64,000 nucleotides of DNA from an uncultured Methanoregulaceae archaeon (GTDB lineage Archaea > Halobacteriota > Methanomicrobia > Methanomicrobiales > Methanospirillaceae), in the NCBI GenBank assembly GCA_963705255.1, contig OY970061.1, positions 2,016,001 to 2,080,000 on the forward strand. The letters are read 5' to 3'. The translations under genes and the position numbers were made by a program. Of this stretch, positions 42,917-52,575 are shown in pieces. The notes under the pieces were generated by a model that made no database searches, was not told where the DNA came from, and worked only from the letters and a program-made list of their open reading frames with translations. Numbering within the stretch: position 1 is the stretch's first letter; the number at the start of each line of letters is the position of its first letter.

Positions 42917-43371
42917 GGAAGTGAGGAAGAAGGGATCTCCCCTCTTTTACCTCTCTTCTGATGGGGGGGATCCTGATCCTCTTTTGGGGGCACCTCCCAA
43001 ATCTCCCCTATACGGGCTCCGATTGGCCATTTTTCCGGATCCAGAGGAGGTATTTCGTCAAAATGAGACATTATTTCGCTAAGATTTGCTCATTTTCACG
43101 TCAGTAATCCAGAGACGCTATTTGGGTGTATTTGGAAGGCGAAAAACAGCTTGGATCGGCCTTCAGGCCAGGAGCGCCGGGAGGATGGTTAATGGGGCTT
43201 TTCAATTACGATCCCATTTTTGCGAAACCCTCCGGCAGATTTCCTGCCACGGATTATCTCCAAATGCCAGCAAAACCCTCCGTTTTGCCCTCTGAAAATT
43301 TATTCAGCCAAGCCCATCTGCTCATAAAACCCATACTGATATGTCCAAAGGAGTTCTGCAGAACCCCGTGG

Positions 43372-43513
43372 ACGAGAAGAATGACGAAGTCATTCTTCAC
43401 TGTCAAAGGGGCCCTGGAGACACCAAAAGAAAACGAGGTTCGGTGAACCTTCGAGAGGTCGAAGAAATGTTTCACATTTCTTCTCCTCTTCGAGGTTCGA
43501 ATCGAACCTCTCA
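43372..43513. repeat. Tandem-GA hairpin repeat, cluster C, in the leader of the 43538 gene
   Basis: Minus strand 43512-43459: GA-GAGGTTCGA-t-TCGAACCTC-GA-agag-GA-GAAGAAATGT-gaa-ACATTTCTTC-GA. Confidence 0.85.
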
Positions 43514-43537
43514 GAAACAAAAGGAGGAACCAAAAAC

Positions 43538-44041
43538 ATGGCAGATTTCGTACAGAAAACAACCGTAAAGACAGCGGTTCGCATCCTCGCGAACCCGATA
43601 GCAGACGCAGCGGCGTTCAACACGATCGTCCAGTCGGTCATCACGACCAACCCGTTTGCATGCACAGCCTATGAGACCGCCGGCGTCAGCCACCAGCCGG
43701 TAGAGAAGACCAAGGAGTCCTACGTGGCGAAGATCGTGTACCAGGATTCCGACGCGAAGACCGTCGGGACCGACTCCGGCAGGTTCAGCTCCATCGCCGG
43801 GTTCAATGCCGGCGCCACGGCACTCCTCGGGAATGCAGCCCTCACCGCAGCCCACGGGGGCACCCCGGCCCGGGACACGGCACACGAGACCTACTCGGCA
43901 ACCCTGAAGTGTCACGACGCGAACGGGGAGATCTACATGGTCACATTCGGCCGGCAGAGTGTGAGCCTCACCTCGTACTCGGACGATGCGATCCGGACCA
44001 AGGTCGATACCTGGGCCGACTCGGTGGGGGCCCTGGCATAA
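43538..44041 (+). CDS. Uncharacterised 167-aa Ala/Thr-rich protein (MADFVQK...)
   Basis: Strong AGGAGG RBS, biased codon use, downstream hairpin. Confidence 0.85.
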   Translation: MADFVQKTTVKTAVRILANPIADAAAFNTIVQSVITTNPFACTAYETAGVSHQPVEKTKESYVAKIVYQDSDAKTVGTDSGRFSSIAGFNAGATALLGNAALTAAHGGTPARDTAHETYSATLKCHDANGEIYMVTFGRQSVSLTSYSDDAIRTKVDTWADSVGALA

Positions 44042-44064
44042 CGTGTTCTGGGCGTGAAGTCGCC

Positions 44065-44094
44065 AAAGGGGGTGACCAGCGGTCACCTCCCTTT
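44065..44094 (+). terminator. Hairpin after the 43538 gene
   Basis: AAAGGG-GGTGACC-agc-GGTCACC-t-CCCTTT. Confidence 0.55.
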
Positions 44095-44127
44095 CTGGCC
44101 CGTCCATCCTATCACGGAGGCAAAACC

Positions 44128-44292
44128 ATGGAAACTGAAATTCTGGGATTGCTGCTCGGGGCCGTCCTCCCGCTCTATCCCCTGCTGTTCGCCATCTACC
44201 AGAAGACCGGCAGGTATGACGAGATCGTCGAGGAGTTCAAAAGACTCCGGGACGAGCACGAGCATTACCGGGAGGCGCATCATGGGGGATGA
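44128..44292 (+). CDS. 54-aa protein, one TM plus charged coiled tail (holin-like architecture)
   Basis: GGAGG RBS; METEILGLLLGAVLPLYPLLFAIYQK...FKRLRDEHE. Confidence 0.7.
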   Translation: METEILGLLLGAVLPLYPLLFAIYQKTGRYDEIVEEFKRLRDEHEHYREAHHGG

Positions 44293-44746
44293 GATCGCAC
44301 CGGTCGCAACCGTGACCGGCCTGTACCGGGGCACCTTCAGCGGCCTCGAACCGCTCACGAAGGACACCCCGCTCACGCTCGACGAGGTTCGGCGCAACCC
44401 GGTTTTCTACGAGCTGGAACTGCACCCGGAGCAAGAGAAGGCGAACCTGATCATCGATGTGATCTATGACAACATGTCGCCGCTGCGGCTGCAGGACCTG
44501 ATGCGGGGAACGGATCTCCCGCGGGGCGTCCGGTTCTGGCCGGACTGGTTCGAGATCCCGCCCTACCGGGAGATGCGCGATATTGACGGCCGCAGGGTCT
44601 ACCCGCGCTCGCCGGGCATCCACACGGTCCGTATCCGGACCGCGAAGCGGAAACTGGGAAATGTCCGGGACTTCAGCCCGGCAAACGGCGGGTACACGAG
44701 TCCGGTGTTTGAGATTACCATAGTCGCGGACAGGAACAACGTTTGA
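44282..44746 (+). CDS. Uncharacterised 154-aa protein
   Basis: GGAGG RBS, overlaps the previous gene, stop abuts repeat cluster D. Confidence 0.8.
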   Translation: MGDEIAPVATVTGLYRGTFSGLEPLTKDTPLTLDEVRRNPVFYELELHPEQEKANLIIDVIYDNMSPLRLQDLMRGTDLPRGVRFWPDWFEIPPYREMRDIDGRRVYPRSPGIHTVRIRTAKRKLGNVRDFSPANGGYTSPVFEITIVADRNNV

Positions 44747-44895
44747 GAATGTTGAGGGTCATCAGACCCGAAACAGGAGAATGTCGAGAGTCATCAGATT
44801 TGAGACATGAGAAGACCGAAGGTCTTCGAATGAACGAAGTTCTTCGACTGAATTGAAAGTCATCACATCCGGGCAACCCTCTTCAGGAGGGAGGA
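44745..44895. repeat. Tandem-GA hairpin repeat, cluster D (right island boundary)
   Basis: GA-GGGTC-atca-GACCC-GA; TGTC-GA-GAGTC-atca-GATTT-GA-GACA; GA-GAAGACC-gaa-GGTCTTC-GA; inverted homolog of cluster B. Confidence 0.85.
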
Positions 44896-45021
44896 CGATG
44901 TTTGAGAACGAGCTGCAGGCCCCGGCCGCCGTCTGCGGTTCCAGGCTCCTGCCCGGGATTATTTTTTTCACCTGCCGCTCCGCGATGACTGGTTCGGGAC
45001 TTTGACGGGATCAAACCCACC

Positions 45022-46185
45022 CTACTCCGTCGCCACCTTCACGCACTCCTCGATCGTCCCGATCCGGGCCACCGCAGCACACATGTCCGGGACGTACGCG
45101 AGCGCCTTGCCGCTGTTCACCATGATCGCCTCGTACTGCTCCATGACCGGTGAGACCACCATGCAGGTGTCCGCAAAGACCCGGGCCCCGCTCTTCTCGA
45201 TAGAGTCGGCAACCCGCTGGCTGGCCTCGATGACGCCCTGCGCAGCAAAGACGTAGAGCGGCATCGTGACCAGTTTTCCCTTCAGGAGCCGGGCGATCTC
45301 TTCCAGTTCTTCAGGGGAGCAGTGGGGGCACCCGACCGCGACCGCATCGACCGGGATCTCTTTGAACAGGTGCCGGATCTCACCGGATTCCACGGCGATA
45401 GTCTCAAGGCCGGTGAGATCGAAGGGCACCTTCACCGCCTCGGGCGTGATGCCCTCCACATGGTAGAGCGCCACGGCCCCGGTCGCCGCCATCGCCGCCC
45501 CGAGGGCCTTGAGCTGGTCGCGGTCCGGGTTTATCCCTGAGAAGAACGGGATGCGATTGCCTGCCAGTTTTCCCGCATGGTAGCCAAGCGCCCCGAAATG
45601 TGCGATGGACCAGTCACGGGTATCGGCCTGCACCCGGATGACCAGCTGCGGCTTCCGGTTTTTTGCAAGGTGAAGGCCGTAGCAGGGGGTCTTCCCGACC
45701 AGTGCGGCGGCAAGGGCGCCGGGGCCCCCTTCCCGGTTCGTCCGGGCACCGATGACCGAGTTCGCGTAGCTGACCGCGGACGACTCCGACCATGCGAGGT
45801 GGTCGCCAAAGCTCGTCTCGTGCAGGTAGTAGGGCGTGCAGGTGCATTCGAGGCCGATGCCGAGCCGCTCGTAGGCAGCGACCACGGCCTGCTGCTTCTG
45901 CGCAAAGTCCTCGTCCACGCCCATCTCCTGCCAGCGCCCGCGGGGCATCCCTATCGGGTTCAGCACGGCCGGGACCACGGCTTTTGCGTCGAGCGAGTTG
46001 AGCCACTGGAGGCCGTACTCGCCGATCGTCTTGTAGGACGCGCCGCTCACCTGTGCGCTCCGGATCCTGACCAGCCGTTCCGCACCGAAGACCTTCCCCA
46101 GCGCGACGAGGAGCTCCAGCATCCTCTGCCGGGTCTCGCCCTCTTCTCCGGCAAGGACCCGTTCGTCCTCAGGTTCGAGCTGCAT
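45022..46185 (-). CDS. Aconitase X large subunit (probable phosphomevalonate dehydratase)
   Basis: QVSGASYKTIG, CTCTPY, WSESSAVSYANSVIGARTNREGGP, GCPHCS, DTCMVV, NSGK; clustered with ubiD/ubiX. Confidence 0.92.
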   Translation of the reverse strand: MQLEPEDERVLAGEEGETRQRMLELLVALGKVFGAERLVRIRSAQVSGASYKTIGEYGLQWLNSLDAKAVVPAVLNPIGMPRGRWQEMGVDEDFAQKQQAVVAAYERLGIGLECTCTPYYLHETSFGDHLAWSESSAVSYANSVIGARTNREGGPGALAAALVGKTPCYGLHLAKNRKPQLVIRVQADTRDWSIAHFGALGYHAGKLAGNRIPFFSGINPDRDQLKALGAAMAATGAVALYHVEGITPEAVKVPFDLTGLETIAVESGEIRHLFKEIPVDAVAVGCPHCSPEELEEIARLLKGKLVTMPLYVFAAQGVIEASQRVADSIEKSGARVFADTCMVVSPVMEQYEAIMVNSGKALAYVPDMCAAVARIGTIEECVKVATE

Positions 46186-46189
46186 CGGT

Positions 46190-47424
46190 TCACCACGTCG
46201 CACGGGAGAATTCGTCCTCGCGCCCGAGCACCATCGTTGCGTCGATCCCGACCTTGACGTTCGTGCCGTCCTCCAGCTGGCAGGGGTCGAGGGACGACCC
46301 TCTCACGCCGGTGATCACCATGATGTCCCGGTCGCCGCTGACCCGGGTCGCGACCGCGTACTCCACGTCGTTGGGGTCGCAGGGGTCGATGTCCTCGTCA
46401 ACGACAACGACGTGCTTGAGCGAGGTGTGGGCGGCGAATGCGGCCATGATCGCGTTCTTTGCATCGCCCTGCGTGCTCTTTTTGATCTGGATCACCGCGT
46501 GGAGGTAGCCGCAGCCCCCCTTGGTCAGGACCACGTTTCTCACTTCGGTAACCCCGGCCACTGCGCGGTAGATCTTCGGTTCATACGGGCAACCCATCAG
46601 CACTTTATGCTCGTCTCCCCCGGGCAGGATACCATGATAGATGAAGTCCGTTTTCGTGTGCATACCGCTGAACTCGATGACGGGCTGGCGCCGGACAGGA
46701 TCGTAGGTCCCGGTGATATCGACAAACGGCCCTTCGTCCGTGAGATCGGGGCCGATGAACCCTTCGAGCACGATCTCCGCATCGGGCACAAGCACCCCGT
46801 TGCTGCACTTCCGTACCGGATTTCGCCGCCGAGAAGTTCTGCTGCATACCCGAGCTCCATGCCGGTCGGCACCCGGGTGCAGCTCGCAAACGTGACTGCC
46901 GGGTGGGTCCCGATGGTCACAGCGATGGGCAGTTTCCCGCCTTCCGCGAGCGCTTTTTTGAGCATCACGTGCGTGTGCCGCCCCTCGACAAGCCGGGCCG
47001 CCACCCGGTGGTCGTCGAGCACCAGCATCCGGTGGATCGAAGCGTTCTCCACGCCGTCGAACCGCGAGAAGACGATAGCCGAAGTGAGGTACTTCCCTGC
47101 GTCTTTCGGGAAGTGGTGCATGATCGGCAGGCGGGAGAGGTCGGGTTTTTTCATCGGCAGGGTGCCGTCCTGCACCACCTTCCCGTCAAATTTTGCATCG
47201 GCAAGGGTCTTCACGATCTGTCTCTCGTCGATGCCGAGGGCAACGGAGAGCGAGGCCCGGCTCGCGGTGAGGTTCATGACCGCCCGCCCCCCGCCGATGT
47301 TGTGGAAGAACAGGAGCTTGTCGGTGGTGGCTGCCATCTTCGGGGCCTGCATCTCTGCCGAGACCGGCTCGTCGATATCGATGACCAGGTCCCGCTTTCG
47401 CATCTTCTCTATGAATTCACGCAT
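46190..47424 (-). CDS. ubiD: UbiD-family decarboxylase (probable anhydromevalonate-phosphate decarboxylase); frameshift ~46815
   Basis: [49 protein letters not shown]. Confidence 0.92.
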
Positions 47425-47971
47425 CGTAACCATTCCAGCGTTTTATGAGGTCGTGCTCCACCCCGAGATGGTCGAGCACGCGCGCGACGACCATGTCCAC
47501 AAGGTCGTCGATGGTCTTCGGGTTGTGGTAGAATGCCGGGCAGGCGGGCATGATCGTTGCGCCGGCGTCCCCGGCGGCCAGCATGTTCTTCAGGTGGATC
47601 TTCGAGAGCGGGGTCTCGCGGGTGACAAGGATGCACTTCCGGTGCTCCTTGAGGCAGACATCGGCAGTGCGGGTGATCAGGTTGTCGGCGTAGCCGGCTG
47701 CGATTGCGGCAAGCGTCTTCTGGCTGCACGGGATCACCACGAGGCCGTCAAACCGGTGGGAGCCGCTTGCGATGGGTGCGGCGATCTTATCAATATCATG
47801 GTAGACCGCATCGAAACCTTCGAATGAGACCCCTTCGTGGCTGGCAATCTGTTGTGCCACGTCCGACACGATGATGTGTACCGTTGCGTCCCTGCAGAGC
47901 ACCTCCAGCAGGCGCCGGGCATAGCAGGCCCCGCTCGCGCCCGTCACTCCGACTGCAAACTCTCTCTTCAT
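47417..47971 (-). CDS. ubiX: Flavin prenyltransferase
   Basis: GVTGASG, IASGS, PCSQKTL, RETPLS, PAFYHNP. Confidence 0.96.
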   Translation of the reverse strand: MKREFAVGVTGASGACYARRLLEVLCRDATVHIIVSDVAQQIASHEGVSFEGFDAVYHDIDKIAAPIASGSHRFDGLVVIPCSQKTLAAIAAGYADNLITRTADVCLKEHRKCILVTRETPLSKIHLKNMLAAGDAGATIMPACPAFYHNPKTIDDLVDMVVARVLDHLGVEHDLIKRWNGYDA

Positions 47972-48055
47972 GGTTGCGTTCCGCTCTCCTGTGATACCAA
48001 TGTCGGGTTTATGACAAAAAGAGTTTATGCCGGGATCCGCCCGCCCGGGCCCTTG

Positions 48056-48502
48056 TTACCGGGTTTTGGGCGGGGCGAAGAAGCGGTACCTGACCTGGGC
48101 CTCCTCGACCTTCCGGGCATGGGACGGGTTGAGGTCGCGGCGCGCCTCGATGACCAGGGTGTTGAGGATGTTGTGGAGGCGGAGCGTGTCGTATTCCTTG
48201 TCCTTGTGTTCATTGAGGAAATCCAGCAGGTCGTTGGTGCTCCTCAGGACCCCGCCACTCCCCACGAGGTTCAAGCGGTTGAGCGTCAGGGCAAGGTTCT
48301 TCTTTGCGATGTCCATCTTGTACGGGTCGCCACCGGCAAGGTTCAGCTCGGTGATAGCATTGAGCAGGTCCGTATACACCCTGAGCTTGTGGGTGCTCTC
48401 GTGCATCCGCCGTTCTGCGCTGCGCAGCTTCAGGAAGGCGATGGCGATGACTATCACTACAGCCACTGCGCAGCAGGCCGCTACAATCCAGTCTTCGATC
48501 AT
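48056..48502 (-). CDS. Membrane-anchored hypothetical protein
   Basis: N-terminal TM followed by a helical domain. Confidence 0.75.
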   Translation of the reverse strand: MIEDWIVAACCAVAVVIVIAIAFLKLRSAERRMHESTHKLRVYTDLLNAITELNLAGGDPYKMDIAKKNLALTLNRLNLVGSGGVLRSTNDLLDFLNEHKDKEYDTLRLHNILNTLVIEARRDLNPSHARKVEEAQVRYRFFAPPKTR

Positions 48503-48534
48503 ATTCCTTTCACCATTTTTCCATCATAGAGAGA

Positions 48535-49013
48535 TTACGGGTTCCGCCTGGCAATAATGACATCGACACTCACACGGTTGCCCTTCAGATCAAACCGGTA
48601 GGGGCCTTCATTGTACATGGGGTGCTGCTGGTATTTGTCCAGAGGGTAACCGCGGCCATAGCCAAAGGTCTCCGACCGGCGGAATCTATGTTGGTTGCCG
48701 TGATCTCGAACCAGGTATACTGGGGATCGGGATTTGTCGGGTTCACGGTAAAATCAATTGCCCACGGATCGTTCGTAACATGGAACTGCTCCGAAAATGT
48801 TTCGCTCTCACTGGTAAATGAATATTTTTTATGGAGATACTCCTGCCCCAGCGTAAATGAGAACTGAGGGACTGCGGTTGTCGTGACCGGCGCTGCGGTC
48901 ATGGCCGGAGTCGTCGCAGCCGGCGGTAACTGGGCCGGTGGAGCAGTACATCCGGCAAGGATCGCTCCGGCACCGATGAGCAGGAGTATGGCAATGACAC
49001 GGTCTCTCATCAT
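48535..49013 (-). CDS. Lipoprotein; frameshift ~48675
   Basis: Lipobox LAGC and Thr/Pro linker; the shifted frame continues SETFGYGRGY...NRVSVDV. Confidence 0.7.
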
Positions 49014-49117
49014 GGGGAATGTTTGGGAACCGTGCTATATTATTTTTTATTTGTGGAATGGTGTCATTTCCGCTGGACTTCAGCGATGGAATCCCTGCCA
49101 GGCCGGCATGTGCCGGA

Positions 49118-50314
49118 TCAAAAAAGGGTGTCCTGGCGGGTGGGTTTCCTGATATGCAGGACCTCGCACCCTGCCTCGGCGACTCTTTCCCGGAACTCAG
49201 GGAGCGTATAGATGCCGAGGCGCCACTGTTCCCGCCGGGTTGCATTGAACGTCCGTATCCGGGGCGAGATCTCCTCGAAACTGACCACGGTATGCCGGTT
49301 TTTCACCCGCACGCCCAGCGACAACTCACTGGGGATGGAAGGGATGTCCACGAGTACTTCATGAGGGCTGATACCTGCGCAGTCCGCGATCTGCCGGGCG
49401 AATTCGCGGCATCTCTCGATGGCGATCCCGTCCTGGAACGGTACCGCATTGACCTGCCCGCTCCCCACGTAGAGTGCCCGTTTGTACAGCCGCCGCTCGT
49501 ACAGGCGGCGCGAAAGGTCCCTGGCAACAGGGCTTGCCGATGTGCGCAGGGCCTGGAGGCAGGTGGGGTCATCCATGCTGAGGAGGGACTCCGGTGTTAC
49601 CCGGGTCTCCCGCAGGTGTTCCAGCACCGCCAGCTGGAACATGCTCTCGCCGATACGACTCACGTGGTGGTAATAGACCGAGGGGCGCATGAGCGTGCGG
49701 GCGATCAGGAGGGATTCGGCTGCGTTCACCCCATTCTCGTCCAGCACCGTTCCTTCCGGCGTGTGGATCAGGTACCGGATCAGGCGCTGGGCATCCACCG
49801 TCCCGTACGGGGCCCCGGTATAATAAGCATCCCGGAGCAGGTAGTCCATCCGGTCGACATCGAGATCACCATGGATGATCCCCGAGAGGGGATGGTTTCC
49901 TTTTATGACCGTGCAGAGCTCGTCCGGTTGTATCCCTGACTTCCTGAGCAGGTCTCCCACCTGGTCTTCGACGATTGCCTCGATGTCGTCGTGGGTGCGG
50001 TGGAGGAACTCCTCCATCAGCGGCTCGCTCGCGTGCGAGAACGGCCCGTGCCCGATATCGTGGAGGAGGGCCGCGGCCGTGACAAGGGTCCGCTCGTCTT
50101 CCGGAAGCCCGAACCTCCTGCCTGCCACATCGGCGAGGAACATGGTCCCGAGCGAGTGCTCGAAGCGCGTATGGTTGGCGCCGGGGTAGACCAGATAGGA
50201 AAAACCGAGCTGCTTGATGTAGCGGAGGCGCTGCAGCGCCGTGGAATCGAGCAGGGCGAGCGCGAAATCCTCCACCTCCACGTAGCCATGGACCGGGTCC
50301 TTGATGATCTTCAC
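49118..50314 (-). CDS. HD-domain phosphohydrolase (SAMHD1/dNTPase-like)
   Basis: KDPVHG, QRLR.IKQLG, HTRFEHSLG, LLHDIGHGPFSH, DVDRMDYLLRD. Confidence 0.95.
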   Translation of the reverse strand: MKIIKDPVHGYVEVEDFALALLDSTALQRLRYIKQLGFSYLVYPGANHTRFEHSLGTMFLADVAGRRFGLPEDERTLVTAAALLHDIGHGPFSHASEPLMEEFLHRTHDDIEAIVEDQVGDLLRKSGIQPDELCTVIKGNHPLSGIIHGDLDVDRMDYLLRDAYYTGAPYGTVDAQRLIRYLIHTPEGTVLDENGVNAAESLLIARTLMRPSVYYHHVSRIGESMFQLAVLEHLRETRVTPESLLSMDDPTCLQALRTSASPVARDLSRRLYERRLYKRALYVGSGQVNAVPFQDGIAIERCREFARQIADCAGISPHEVLVDIPSIPSELSLGVRVKNRHTVVSFEEISPRIRTFNATRREQWRLGIYTLPEFRERVAEAGCEVLHIRKPTRQDTLF

Positions 50315-50362
50315 AGACTCACTAAAAGAATCTTCATATACATCGCATAAAAGTATTGAGTA

Positions 50363-51265
50363 ATGATAACGTTCCTTTCTGGCGGGACCGGCACCCCGAA
50401 GCTCCTCCGGGGCATGCAGAAGGTCATGGACCGGCACGAGATCTCGGTCGTTGTCAATACTGCCGAAGACATCTGGATATCGGGAAACCACATCTCTCCT
50501 GACCTTGACACGGTCATGTACCTGTTCGCCGGTATTCTCAACACGGAGACCTGGTGGGGTGTCCGGAGCGATACCTTTACCACCCACGAAGAGGCCACCC
50601 GCCTCGGGGCCGATGAGTTCATCGCCATCGGCGACAGGGACCGTGCGGTCCACATCGCCCGCGGCGGGATGATGCGCAACGGCATGCGCCTCACCAATGT
50701 GACAAAGATCCTCTGCGAGCGGTTCGGCGTCCGGGAGAACGTCCTCCCCATGACCGATACCGAAGTGACGACCCAGGTCAAGACCGATCTCGGCCTGATC
50801 CATTTCCAGGAGTACTGGGTGAGGGCGAAAGGCAGGATCGGGATTGAGGAAGTCCTGCGCACGTACAACGAACCCCCGGTGGCCACGGAAGAAGTGCTCC
50901 TGGCTGTTGCGGCCAGTGACGCCGTTGTCATCGGTCCCTCCAACCCCATCACCAGTATCCTGCCGATCCTCTCGTGCGAAGGGATGAAGCAGGCACTCGG
51001 GGGAAAACCTGTCATCGCCGTCAGCCCGTTTATCGGCAACGCACCGGTCAGCGGCCCGGCAGGAGTGCTTATGGAGGCCTCGGGATTTGAACCGAGTTCG
51101 ATGGGCACCTTCAACTGCTACGAAGGGATCACCGATATCTTCGTACAGGATATCCGCGACCCGGTGCAGGTGAGGGACTCGGTACGGTTTGACACCCTGA
51201 TGACGGATGAAGAGAAGAGCATCGCCCTGGCACACGATATTCTGGAGCTGGTCCGGAAATGCTGA
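50363..51265 (+). CDS. cofD: 2-phospho-L-lactate transferase (F420 biosynthesis)
   Basis: [42 protein letters not shown]. Confidence 0.96.
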   Translation: MITFLSGGTGTPKLLRGMQKVMDRHEISVVVNTAEDIWISGNHISPDLDTVMYLFAGILNTETWWGVRSDTFTTHEEATRLGADEFIAIGDRDRAVHIARGGMMRNGMRLTNVTKILCERFGVRENVLPMTDTEVTTQVKTDLGLIHFQEYWVRAKGRIGIEEVLRTYNEPPVATEEVLLAVAASDAVVIGPSNPITSILPILSCEGMKQALGGKPVIAVSPFIGNAPVSGPAGVLMEASGFEPSSMGTFNCYEGITDIFVQDIRDPVQVRDSVRFDTLMTDEEKSIALAHDILELVRKC

Positions 51266-51455
51266 CCCATTCCTGTTACAATCGATGTATCCACCCGGGT
51301 GTTGAAAAAAATCCCGTGAAATTCGCACGATCCCGTCACCAGCACGGTAAAACCCGCAGAGGACCTTCAACCACGTTACAATCGACCACATGAAAAAATT
51401 AAAAAAGTATTTCAGGGTTCAATCCAGATATCCAGTCGATGATGTAGGAGTGGAG

Positions 51456-52372
51456 ATGTTCCGGAAACTTGTTATCCCCATGGTAATTTTCAGTATCCTC
51501 ATAGCAGGATGCATATCCGGCCCGAATACGGCAAAAGGTACGCTCAATTTTTCATCCTCACCATCCGGTGCCCAGATATACCTCGACAGTCAGTACCAGG
51601 GGACTACGCCGAGCACCTTACCCGGTATAAATCCGGGAGATCACGCCCTCGAATACCGGTACCCCGGGTACCAGAGCTGGTACACGAATATTACGGTATC
51701 GTCGGGTTCGTCGGTAATCTATGCAGCGTTGATCCCTGCCGGCATGATCGCGAACCCTTCGTCGCTCGTTCAGGTTGAAACCACCCCCGCTCCTTCTTCC
51801 CCGCAGGCACTTACCCTGAATGTCGGGAAGGACCCTATGATCGTTGGCAACTCGCAGATATTTTCCGGCACAGGTACCCGGGCGGGACCGTGCAGCTGGT
51901 CCTGTCGGGCCCGGGAAAATATACGAACGGGGTGAACCTGTCCCGGCAAACTGTCGGTTCCGGCGGGACCTGGCAATATACCTGGAACCCGGGGTCTTCA
52001 GTCCTGGCCGGTTCCTACAGCATCGTCGCAAGCGATCCTCAAAAGGCAACGTCCGTGAGGGCCGCGTTCAATGTCGTCGGCGGGGGCCAGGTTACCGTCA
52101 TAACGGGCAGGTATTCCTACAAAATTGGCGATACCATAACCTTTTCCGGTTTATGTACAACCGGTGCCCAGAGTGTCATCCTGACCCTCTCCGGTCCGGG
52201 GCAGTTTTCCAATGGAATAAGCCTTGGGACGCAGTCGGTTAATGCCGACAACTCCTGGACGTACAAATATGTGACATCCTATTCGATGCCGGTCGGATCG
52301 TATACGATAAATGTCAACGATGCACAAATGACGGCTTCTGCATCTTCGATCTTTTCAGTCTCCAGCGGGTGA
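51456..52372 (+). CDS. PEGA-domain surface lipoprotein; frameshift ~51877
   Basis: IAGC lipobox, SSPSGAQIYLD..Y.GTTP, PG.H...Y.GY; two Ig-like C-terminal repeats. Confidence 0.8.
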
Positions 52373-52575
52373 GGGAACAACCGGCTGGAAATAATCCGGC
52401 GCCGCTCATAAAAAAATTTCCCGTTTTTCTTTCCGGTTCATGGAAAAAATGTCGTTTTAATGGAGGAGATCCGCCAGTATTCGGCAAATACTCGGCGCAA
52501 TGAAAATAAAAACCCGAACCAGCCATCCGATACCTATTTGAATGATTTTATACTAATATTCGTTCGGAGAACACC

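Noticed and set aside
49118-51391. 757-aa ORF as one protein
   Set aside because: The N-terminal part is the antisense shadow of cofD; the HD protein starts at GTG 50314
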